Part shown: piece by piece, positions 7,802 through 14,627 of the stretch | Numbering within the stretch: position 1 is the stretch's first letter | Layout: each line of letters begins with the position of its first letter | Assembly (NCBI GenBank): GCA_964513145.1 | Contig: CAZELK010000008.1 | Span: 1 to 16,874, forward strand | Reading direction: 5' to 3' | DNA length: 16,874 bases | Source: Candidatus Woesearchaeota archaeon | GTDB taxonomy: Archaea; Nanobdellota; Nanobdellia; SCGC-AAA011-G17; JACPIM01 | The notes under the pieces: generated by a model | The model's database searches: none | What the model saw: only the letters and a program-made list of their open reading frames with translations | What the model was told of the DNA's origin: nothing | Translations under genes and position numbers: made by a program

Positions 7802-8756
7802 ACTCACAGTTTTAATACCAATGTATAATGAAGAAGAAAATGTAGTAATAACACTGCAGAAAGTAAATGATGTTTTATATTCTTTAAATACTGACTACGA
7901 GATATTGGTAGTAAATGATGGTTCTAAAGACAGAACTCTGGATATATTAAAAGAACAAAATTCTAAAAATAAAAAACTAAGAATTGTTACATACCCAAAA
8001 AATAAAGGCCTTGGTGCTGCTTTAAAAATTGGGTTTGAAAGAGCTAAAGGTGACTTTGTAATAACAATTGATTCTGATCTAAGTTATGATGCCAAATATA
8101 TTGCAGAAATATACAATGAACTAAACAATGCAAATTTTGATATTATTCAGGGGTCTCCTTATATGAAGGGCGGTCAGGCATTAAATGTGCCGAAGTTTAG
8201 GTTATTCGTAAGCAAAATATCAAATAAGTTCATAAGTTATGCTATTTCAGCAAATGTTCACACAGTTACTGGTATGCTAAGGGGCTATAGAAAAGAAGTT
8301 CTTGATTCCCTTGTTCTAGAATCAAATGGTCCTGAAATTATGGTTGAGATATTAACAAAAGCAGCATTATTAGGTTTCAAAATTAAAGAAATCCCAGCTG
8401 TTTTAAAAGGAAGAGAAAGGGGAAAAAGCAAATTTCAAAATCAGATTAGAAAAATCGGGGCTGAGTATTTTTCATTATTATTTGCTGTAAAGCCGATTGT
8501 TTTCTTTAAGATTACTGGTTTGTTTCTAGTTTTTCTTGGCTTTATTTATGGATTATATTTAGTTAGTAAATACATAAGGGGCTTAATTGAAACTGGTCAC
8601 CCAGTAATTACAAATCCTATAGTCATATTAGTTATTTTGGGTGCATTAATATCATTTTTTTCAATAATAATAAATCAATTTACACAAATTAAAAAAGATC
8701 TTTTAATAATTCAAAAACAAAATAAGAACATAGAGAAGTTTCTTAAAGAGAAATGA
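7791..8756 (+). CDS. GT2 glycosyltransferase (polyprenyl-phosphate sugar synthase-like) with two C-terminal TM helices
   Basis: VLIPMYNEEE, VVNDGSKD, NKGLGAA, IDSD (DxD), R-x-x-G-x-SK; two hydrophobic C-terminal helices; 11-nt overlap with the upstream gene. Confidence 0.92.
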   Translation: MKNKLTVLIPMYNEEENVVITLQKVNDVLYSLNTDYEILVVNDGSKDRTLDILKEQNSKNKKLRIVTYPKNKGLGAALKIGFERAKGDFVITIDSDLSYDAKYIAEIYNELNNANFDIIQGSPYMKGGQALNVPKFRLFVSKISNKFISYAISANVHTVTGMLRGYRKEVLDSLVLESNGPEIMVEILTKAALLGFKIKEIPAVLKGRERGKSKFQNQIRKIGAEYFSLLFAVKPIVFFKITGLFLVFLGFIYGLYLVSKYIRGLIETGHPVITNPIVILVILGALISFFSIIINQFTQIKKDLLIIQKQNKNIEKFLKEK

Positions 8757-9235
8757 AAAAAGAAATTGCTACATTTGGTGCTGGATGTTTTTGGGGTGCA
8801 GAATCTTTATTCTTAGAATTAAAAGGTGTTATTTCAACTTCAGTTGGTTATATGGGGGGGGATGAAAATTATAAAAATTTAAGCTATGAAGAAGTTTGCA
8901 CAGATAAAACTGGTCATGCTGAAGTAGTACAAGTTATATATGATCCAGAAAAAATACAATATAAAAAATTATTGGAAATTTTTTGGAACAATCATGATCC
9001 CACTACTTTAGATAGACAAGGTCCAGATATGGGAAGACAATATCGGTCTGTTATTTTCTATTATACAGAAGAGCAAAGAAAAGAAGCTATTAAATCTAAA
9101 GAAGAATTTCAAAAAAAATTAGGAAAAACTAAAGTAGTTACTGAAATTGTAAAATCAGGAAAATTTTACAAAGCAGAGGAATATCATCAACAATACTATA
9201 AGAAAAAGGGAATTAAGCCGACCTGTCATTTCTAG
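8753..9235 (+). CDS. msrA: Peptide methionine sulfoxide reductase A
   Basis: FGAGCFWG, YEEVC, GHAEVV, HDPT, QYRS, AEEYHQQY. Confidence 0.97.
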   Translation: MKKEIATFGAGCFWGAESLFLELKGVISTSVGYMGGDENYKNLSYEEVCTDKTGHAEVVQVIYDPEKIQYKKLLEIFWNNHDPTTLDRQGPDMGRQYRSVIFYYTEEQRKEAIKSKEEFQKKLGKTKVVTEIVKSGKFYKAEEYHQQYYKKKGIKPTCHF

Positions 9236-9246
9236 ACCATAAGTTT

Positions 9247-9254
9247 TTTAAGTA
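9247..9254 (+). promoter_or_regulatory. Candidate TATA for the epimerase gene
   Basis: CATAAGTTT followed by TTTAAGTA, 35 nt before ATG 9282. Confidence 0.4.
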
Positions 9255-9281
9255 TATTCTTGGTTTTAATCTTAATTTAAA

Positions 9282-10376
9282 ATGAAAAAAGTCATTACTA
9301 TAGCCGGAACAAGACCAGAATGGACGAAATTAAGTGCCCTAATACCATTATTAGACCAGGAATTTAATCATATCTTAGTTCATACTGGGCAGCATTATTC
9401 TTATAATATGGATAAGATATTTTTTGAAGAATTAAAAATAAGACCACCTGATTATTCTTTAGATGTTGGATCTGGAACTCAAGCTGAACAGGTTGGAAAA
9501 GGAATGATTGAATTTGAAAAAATCTTACTTAAAGAAAAGCCAGATTTGGTAATTGTATTTGCTGACACAAACAGTCCTTTAATTGGTTCTTTAGTTGCTT
9601 CAAAATTACATATACCTATTGCACATATTGAAGCAGGATGCAGATCTTTTAATAAACTAATGCCTGAAGAAATTAATAGAATAGTTGCAGATCATTGTTC
9701 TGACTTATTGTTTCCTCCTGATAAAGCAGCTTATAAAAATTTAAGAAAAGAAGGAATAAACAAAGAAAAAATATTTTTAACAGGCAGAACAGTTTATGAT
9801 GCTTGCTTAAGAACAAAAGAACTAGCTTTACAAACAGATATTTTAAAAAAATTAAATTTAGAAAAAGGAAACTATGTCCCATTAACAATTCATAGAGCTG
9901 AAAATACAAATAATTTAGAATCCTTAAAAATGATAGTTAACGCAATAAATTCTGTTTCAGTTAATGTTAAGATCGTATTTCCAATTCACCCAAGAACTAA
10001 AAAACTATTGCAAGAAAACAATATTAAACTTAGTGAAAATATCTTAGTAATAGAACCTTTAGGTTATTTAGAATTTACAAATTTGTTAATTAATGCCAAA
10101 TATACAATGACTGATTCTGGAAGTATTCAAGAAGAAGCAGTTATTTATGATATACCTTGCTTAATTCTAAGAAATGAAACAGAATGGACTGAGTTTATAG
10201 AAAAAGGTAAGAATTTGTTAGTTACAACAAATTATGATGCTATTATTACAATTAACAATGAATTATTAAATAATCCTTCTAAATTAGAAGAGATGAAAAA
10301 TATTAAAATAAAACATAAAGAAAATGTTTGTAAGAAAATAGTCGCGATTTTAAAAAATGAGCTTGAAAATATTTAA
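9282..10376 (+). CDS. wecB: Non-hydrolysing UDP-N-acetylglucosamine 2-epimerase (WecB/WbpI family)
   Basis: GTRPE, HTGQHY, HIEAGCRS, PEEINR, TIHRAEN, FPIHPRT, TDSGSIQEEA, LRNETEW. Confidence 0.93.
   Translation: MKKVITIAGTRPEWTKLSALIPLLDQEFNHILVHTGQHYSYNMDKIFFEELKIRPPDYSLDVGSGTQAEQVGKGMIEFEKILLKEKPDLVIVFADTNSPLIGSLVASKLHIPIAHIEAGCRSFNKLMPEEINRIVADHCSDLLFPPDKAAYKNLRKEGINKEKIFLTGRTVYDACLRTKELALQTDILKKLNLEKGNYVPLTIHRAENTNNLESLKMIVNAINSVSVNVKIVFPIHPRTKKLLQENNIKLSENILVIEPLGYLEFTNLLINAKYTMTDSGSIQEEAVIYDIPCLILRNETEWTEFIEKGKNLLVTTNYDAIITINNELLNNPSKLEEMKNIKIKHKENVCKKIVAILKNELENI
10348..10367 (+). repeat. 20-bp direct repeat, left copy (TTTTAAAAAATGAGCTTGAA)
   Basis: Identical to 11015-11034; lies in the last codons of wecB. 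Confidence 0.95.
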
Positions 10377-10390
10377 TTATTTAAAACCAA

Positions 10391-10425
10391 AATGTTTAAA
10401 TATAACATTTACGTATTAGTACGTA
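10391..10425 (+). promoter_or_regulatory. TA promoter with candidate operators
   Basis: TTTAAATA at 10395-10402 sits inside the inverted repeat AATGTT-N7-AACATT (10391-10409); two TACGTA palindromes at 10410-10415 and 10420-10425. Confidence 0.55.
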
Positions 10426-10441
10426 TAAATTCGAGTTAATC

Positions 10442-10657
10442 ATGATAAAAAAGAGCGATTTATTGATAACAGTGCACGCTGCTGATAAAATGATTATTGA
10501 AGGAATTTCAGCTGATCAAGTTTGTATAGCTTTAGAAAGAGGATCAAAATTTAAACAAACTGACGGATATTTAATGGTTTACTCTTATTTTTCGGTCGCA
10601 TACAAAATTATTGGAAATAAATATAAAATAAAAAGTGTTTTTATTAATAGGAGTTAA
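10442..10657 (+). CDS. DUF4258-like small protein (putative toxin)
   Basis: ITVHAADKMIIEGISADQVCIALERG matches the HA..(R)M...GIS..(E)V..AL..G pattern; 71 aa; directly upstream of an antitoxin-like gene. Confidence 0.7.
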   Translation: MIKKSDLLITVHAADKMIIEGISADQVCIALERGSKFKQTDGYLMVYSYFSVAYKIIGNKYKIKSVFINRS

Positions 10658-10658
10658 A

Positions 10659-10991
10659 ATGGATAAATGTGATAATTGTGGAAAAGGAACTTTGAAAAGA
10701 AAAAATGTAGATTATTTTTTATTGGGTCTAAATTTAGGTAATTTTGAAGCTTATGTTTGTTCTGAATGCGAAGAAACTGTTTTCGATGGAGAAACATTTG
10801 AATTAATTGAAAAAGAAGCTAAGAAAAAAGGACTGTGGGGGCTATCTGCAAAAACACGTATAGGCACTGCTGGAAATTCCTTAGATGTTAGATTACCTAA
10901 AACAATTACAGAATTTTTAAATTTAAAAAAGGGTCAGGAAGTAATTATCGAGCCCCTAGATAAGAAAAGATTTCAAGTGACTATAGAATAG
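10659..10991 (+). CDS. YgiT/MqsA-type zinc finger fused to an AbrB/MazE/SpoVT DNA-binding domain (putative antitoxin)
   Basis: CDNCGKG...VCSECEE zinc ribbon; C-terminal RIGTAGNSLDVRLPKTITEFLNLKKGQEV. Start moved to ATG 10659, with AGGAG at 10649-10653. Confidence 0.85.
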   Translation: MDKCDNCGKGTLKRKNVDYFLLGLNLGNFEAYVCSECEETVFDGETFELIEKEAKKKGLWGLSAKTRIGTAGNSLDVRLPKTITEFLNLKKGQEVIIEPLDKKRFQVTIE

Positions 10992-10992
10992 T

Positions 10993-11000
10993 TTTATAAA
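10993..11000 (+). promoter_or_regulatory. Candidate TATA for the SDR gene, located inside the cassette
   Basis: TTTATAAA, 31 nt before ATG 11024. Confidence 0.45.
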
Positions 11001-11014
11001 TTATTACTACAGTG

Positions 11015-11034
11015 TTTTAAAAAATGAGCTTGAA
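11015..11034 (+). repeat. 20-bp direct repeat, right copy
   Basis: Identical to 10348-10367; contains the SDR start codon. Confidence 0.95.
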
Positions 11035-11998
11035 GAATAAAAATATTTTAATAACTGGCGGTGCGGGATTTATTGGCAGTCATTTAGCAGATGCTTTAAT
11101 AAAGGAAAATCCCGAAAATATAACTATTTTATCAAATTTCTTTTTGGGAAAAGAAGAAAACCTAAAAGAAGCCAAGGAAAGTTTCCCAAAATTAAAAATT
11201 TATTATGGAAGTGCTGCTGATTTTGAAGCAACAAAAAAGATATTCGAAAATCTAAATATAGATATTGTTTATGATCTGGCTGTAATCCCTTTGACAGCCT
11301 CACTTGAAGACCCATTAAATACAACATTAGAAAATATTAAAATATCAATAAATATTTGTGAATTATTAAGAAAAGACTTGTTCAAGAAATTAATTCATTT
11401 CTCTTCTTCTGAAGCTTATGGCAGTGCTAAACAAGTTCCTATGAATGAAGGTCATCCATTAAATCCTGAAACACCTTATGCTGCTGCTAAAGCAAGCGGG
11501 GACTTAATTGTTGATTCATATTACAGGACATTTAAACTTAATACATCAATTTTAAGGCCGTTCAATAATTATGGTCCAAGACAAAATTCAGGAAAATTTG
11601 CAGCAATTATACCATTATTTATTAAAAAAATAATGAACAATGAAAATACTTTAACAATTAATGGAGACGGAGAACAAACAAGGGATTTTATTTTTGTTAA
11701 AGATACAGCAAGAGCAGCAGTTGAATTTTCTAAAAGCAATAATGTAATTGGCAAAACAGTGAACATTGCAAGCGGGCAAGAAATAAGCATGAATTACTTG
11801 GTTGATTTAATAACAAAAGAAATGAATTTTAAAGGAAAGATAATTCATGGAAAAGAAAGACCAGGAGATGTAAGAAGGCATTTCGCAGATGTTTCTCTAG
11901 CTAAAAAATTATTGAATTTTGAAACTAAAGTTAAATTTGAAGAAGGAATTAAAATAACCTGCGACTGGTACAAAAAGAACTTAAAAATTCTAAACTAA
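11024..11998 (+). CDS. Extended SDR nucleotide-sugar epimerase/dehydratase/decarboxylase
   Basis: GGAGFIG, SSSEAYG, PYAAAK (YxxxK), RPFNNYGPRQ, GDGEQTRDFIFV, RPGDV. Confidence 0.93.
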   Translation: MSLKNKNILITGGAGFIGSHLADALIKENPENITILSNFFLGKEENLKEAKESFPKLKIYYGSAADFEATKKIFENLNIDIVYDLAVIPLTASLEDPLNTTLENIKISINICELLRKDLFKKLIHFSSSEAYGSAKQVPMNEGHPLNPETPYAAAKASGDLIVDSYYRTFKLNTSILRPFNNYGPRQNSGKFAAIIPLFIKKIMNNENTLTINGDGEQTRDFIFVKDTARAAVEFSKSNNVIGKTVNIASGQEISMNYLVDLITKEMNFKGKIIHGKERPGDVRRHFADVSLAKKLLNFETKVKFEEGIKITCDWYKKNLKILN

Positions 11999-12025
11999 AT
12001 ATTTTCAGAAATACATATCTAATTC

Positions 12026-12038
12026 CGAAAGACTTTCG
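12026..12038. promoter_or_regulatory. Palindrome CGAAAG-A-CTTTCG (possible operator)
   Basis: Perfect 6-bp arms with a 1-nt centre in the intergenic region before the small-membrane-protein genes. Confidence 0.3.
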
Positions 12039-12085
12039 AGATTTTAAACAAAATTATTATTAATCACCAAGGTATTTTTTTCATC

Positions 12086-12286
12086 ATGAAATTTGATGAA
12101 GTGAATGCAATTTCAACTGCAATAATTTCGTATGTAGCTATAGTTGGTCTAATGACTGGACTATACTTCAATATGAAACCTTTAAATATAGGATTATTTT
12201 ATATAATCTTATTTGAAATAATTTTTGCAATTACAATTTGTATGTTTATTTTATGGGTAAGAAAAAAGGCGAAAAATGAAACTTAA
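12086..12286 (+). CDS. Small two-TM membrane protein of unknown function (66 aa)
   Basis: Two hydrophobic segments and a basic C-tail (RKKAK); 11-nt overlap with the next ORF. Confidence 0.65.
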   Translation: MKFDEVNAISTAIISYVAIVGLMTGLYFNMKPLNIGLFYIILFEIIFAITICMFILWVRKKAKNET

Positions 12287-12383
12287 AGATAAATTAATTA
12301 AATGGTTCAAGGAAAATTGGTTAATAATATTAGTATTTATTCTTACACTGTTCTTAATTACTAGATTAAATGTTCCATCTTGA
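12276..12383 (+). CDS. Single-TM microprotein A (35 aa), not in the ORF track
   Basis: MKLKDKLIKWFKENWLIILVFILTLFLITRLNVPS; paralogous to 12385-12507. Confidence 0.75.
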   Translation: MKLKDKLIKWFKENWLIILVFILTLFLITRLNVPS

Positions 12384-12384
12384 A

Positions 12385-12507
12385 ATGAAAACTTATAAGG
12401 AAAGGGCAATTAATTGGTTAAGAATAAATTGGATGATAATTGTTGTTATAATTTTATTACTTTTTTTACTTACAAGATTAGATGTTCCGCCAAGTTGGAA
12501 AAATTAA
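12385..12507 (+). CDS. Single-TM microprotein B (40 aa), not in the ORF track
   Basis: MKTYKERAINWLRINWMIIVVIILLLFLLTRLDVPPSWKN; 18 of 34 aligned residues are identical to microprotein A, 8 of them through different synonymous codons. Confidence 0.75.
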   Translation: MKTYKERAINWLRINWMIIVVIILLLFLLTRLDVPPSWKN

Positions 12508-12516
12508 TTACAAATA

Positions 12517-13077
12517 TTAAATTAAAATTTCACTTTTGCAATGCAAGCACTTTATTTTTCCCTTAAGGCTAAGGTCACCAAGTTTCTTCCCGCATTTACA
12601 AACATATCCCATATGTTTTGCAGGCACTCCATATACTAGAGCAAAATTTGGAATATTTTTTGTAACAACGCTTCCAGCACCTATCATTGCAAATTCTCCA
12701 ATTGTAATACCTGGCAATATAACAGAGCCAGCACCAATTGAAGCTCCTTTTTTTACTAAAGTTTTTGATAATTCCCAGTCACTTCCTTTTTTTAAAGAAC
12801 CATCAATATTAATCGCCCTTGGAACTAAATCATTTGTAAATGTAACATGTGGACCAATAAAAACACCATCTTCTACTATAACACCATCATAAATAGAAAC
12901 ATTATTTTGTACTTTGACATTATTTCCTAATTTAGTTCCAGAATCAATAAAAACATTTTTTCCCAAAATGCAATTATTTCCTACAAATGAACCTTTTCTA
13001 ACATGAGTATAATGCCATACATTTGTATTATCACCTATTTTAGCTCCTTCTTCAATTTCCGCAGTTTTATGTATCAT
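12517..13077 (-). CDS. wbpD: Hexapeptide-repeat (LbH) N-acetyltransferase, WbpD/WlbB-like
   Basis: [39 protein letters not shown]...FTND..PR, GVPA, and a C-terminal CKCG...CLHC. Confidence 0.85.
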   Translation of the reverse strand: MIHKTAEIEEGAKIGDNTNVWHYTHVRKGSFVGNNCILGKNVFIDSGTKLGNNVKVQNNVSIYDGVIVEDGVFIGPHVTFTNDLVPRAINIDGSLKKGSDWELSKTLVKKGASIGAGSVILPGITIGEFAMIGAGSVVTKNIPNFALVYGVPAKHMGYVCKCGKKLGDLSLKGKIKCLHCKSEILI

Positions 13078-13099
13078 AATTTTTCGGAAAATAAAGATA

Positions 13100-13107
13100 C
13101 TTATAAA
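13100..13107 (-). promoter_or_regulatory. Candidate TATA for the wbpD-like gene
   Basis: TTTATAAG on the minus strand, 30 nt before ATG 13077. Confidence 0.45.
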
Positions 13108-13147
13108 TTAATGTCACTACTTGAAAATAAAATTAATAAACAGAAAC

Positions 13148-13155
13148 TATTAAAT
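13148..13155 (+). promoter_or_regulatory. Candidate BRE/TATA for the radical SAM gene at 13185
   Basis: CAGAAAC followed by TATTAAAT, 37 nt before the ATG. Confidence 0.4.
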
Positions 13156-13184
13156 ATGTGTTTTAATAAAATAGGTTTGAGATT

Positions 13185-14588
13185 ATGATTGATGTCTTAT
13201 TAATTAATCCGCCGTATTTCAAAAAAGGAGGAAATATTTGGAAATCTGTTTCTAGTTGTATGCCTCCTTATGGTTTAATGGTTTTAGCTTCATGCATAGA
13301 ACAAAACAACCTTAAAGTCAAAATTTTAGATACATATGCAGAAAGATTAGCTGTAGATGATATAGAGGATTATCTGAAGAAAAATATAGATGAGCCGAAA
13401 TTTATAGGTTTAACTTCTAGTACAGTAAATGTGAAACATGCTTATGCAGTCAGCAATATATGCAAAAAATTATGGCCAAAAACAACAGTTATTTTTGGTG
13501 GAGTTCATGCAACATCAAAGCCAGAAGAACCGTTGATAAATAATGCAGCTGATTTTGTAATTAGGGGGGAGGCAGAATATACTTTTATAGACTTGATTAA
13601 AGGTCGCCAATTAAAAGAAATTAAAGGCCTGACTTATCGAAATTCTAAAAAAGAAATTGTTCATAATAAAGAGGGTGAAATAGTTGATTTAGATAAGCTG
13701 CCAATGCCTGCTTATCATTTACTGCCTATGGAAAAATATTTTCCTGCAGTTGGAAGTTACAAAAGACTGCCTGCAATGAATGTTGTTACATCAAGGGGTT
13801 GTCCAGGAAAGTGTACTTTTTGCTACCAGCCTTTTGGCAATATTTTAAGGCAGAGAAGCCCAAGAAAAATTGCTGATGAAGTTAAGATGCTAGTTGAAGA
13901 ACATGGAATAAAAGAAATTTGTTTTTATGATGATAATTTTACAACATTCAAGCATAAGATAAGGGAGTTTTGCAATATTTTATTAGATGAAAAAATTGAT
14001 GTTACATGGCTTTGTTTTGCAAGAGTTGACTGGATTGATCTTGAATTAATGAAACTAATGAAAAAAGCTGGCTGCCACCAGATATTATTTGGTGCAGAAA
14101 GTGCTAACCAAGAAATACTTGATAATATAAGAAAAAATATTTCTCCTGAAAAAGTTAGAAAGGCGGTTACATTGGCTAAAGAAGCTGGAATAGATTGCAG
14201 GGTAACTTTTTTATTGGGTTGCCCAGGTGAAACAGAAGAAACAATGCAGGAAACAATTAATTTTGCTTTGGAACTAGATCCAGATTTAGCTTTGTTCAAC
14301 ATAGTGTCTCCAAATCCAGGAACGCAGATGTATGAGTGGGCTGTAAAAAATAATTATTTATCAACAAAAAGCTGGGATGAATATGACTGGGGTGAGGTAA
14401 TATTAACGTTGCCAACAGTTTCGCCAGAGAAAGTTAAAGAATATTATAAAAAAGCATTTAAAAAATTCTATTTAAGACCAAAATATATTTTAAGAACACT
14501 TTCAAAAGTAAGAACAAAAAATGATATAATTACTGTTATGCATGGTTTTAAAGGGGTTCTTAATGTTATTAAACTAAAAACAGCCTAG
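13185..14588 (+). CDS. Cobalamin-binding radical SAM protein (class B / BchE-like architecture)
   Basis: N-terminal B12-binding domain (PPYGL, IFGGVHAT, RGEAEYT); SRGCPGKCTFC (CxxxCxxC); DDNF, GAES, PNPGT. Confidence 0.93.
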   Translation: MIDVLLINPPYFKKGGNIWKSVSSCMPPYGLMVLASCIEQNNLKVKILDTYAERLAVDDIEDYLKKNIDEPKFIGLTSSTVNVKHAYAVSNICKKLWPKTTVIFGGVHATSKPEEPLINNAADFVIRGEAEYTFIDLIKGRQLKEIKGLTYRNSKKEIVHNKEGEIVDLDKLPMPAYHLLPMEKYFPAVGSYKRLPAMNVVTSRGCPGKCTFCYQPFGNILRQRSPRKIADEVKMLVEEHGIKEICFYDDNFTTFKHKIREFCNILLDEKIDVTWLCFARVDWIDLELMKLMKKAGCHQILFGAESANQEILDNIRKNISPEKVRKAVTLAKEAGIDCRVTFLLGCPGETEETMQETINFALELDPDLALFNIVSPNPGTQMYEWAVKNNYLSTKSWDEYDWGEVILTLPTVSPEKVKEYYKKAFKKFYLRPKYILRTLSKVRTKNDIITVMHGFKGVLNVIKLKTA

Positions 14589-14594
14589 AGAAGT

Positions 14595-14602
14595 TTTAAA
14601 TA
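14595..14602 (+). promoter_or_regulatory. Candidate TATA for the second radical SAM gene
   Basis: AGAAGT followed by TTTAAATA, 33 nt before ATG 14628. Confidence 0.45.
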
Positions 14603-14627
14603 GTAAACAAATTTAAAAAATCAAAAA

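Larger units (their letters stand above)
10368..11034. mobile_element. 667-bp non-autonomous cassette carrying a TA-like gene pair
   Basis: Bounded by a perfect 20-bp direct repeat. Removing one unit restores a 17-nt wecB/SDR overlap. No recombinase gene is present. Confidence 0.65.

Noticed and set aside
10357-10419. 20-aa ORF starting at the ATG in the left direct repeat (MSLKIFNYL...)
   Set aside because: By-product of the duplicated SDR start running into the cassette; no evidence of function.
10368-11014. Possible terminal inverted repeats inside the TA cassette
   Set aside because: Only a gapped, almost purely A/T similarity (TAATTATTTAAAAC vs TAATAATTTATAAAAC).
9673-11790. Minus-strand ORFs 9673-9909, 11124-11327 and 11569-11790
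   Set aside because: Antisense shadows of wecB and the SDR gene.
12536-13188. Plus-strand ORFs 12536-12892 and 13003-13188
   Set aside because: Antisense shadows of the wbpD-like gene and its promoter region.
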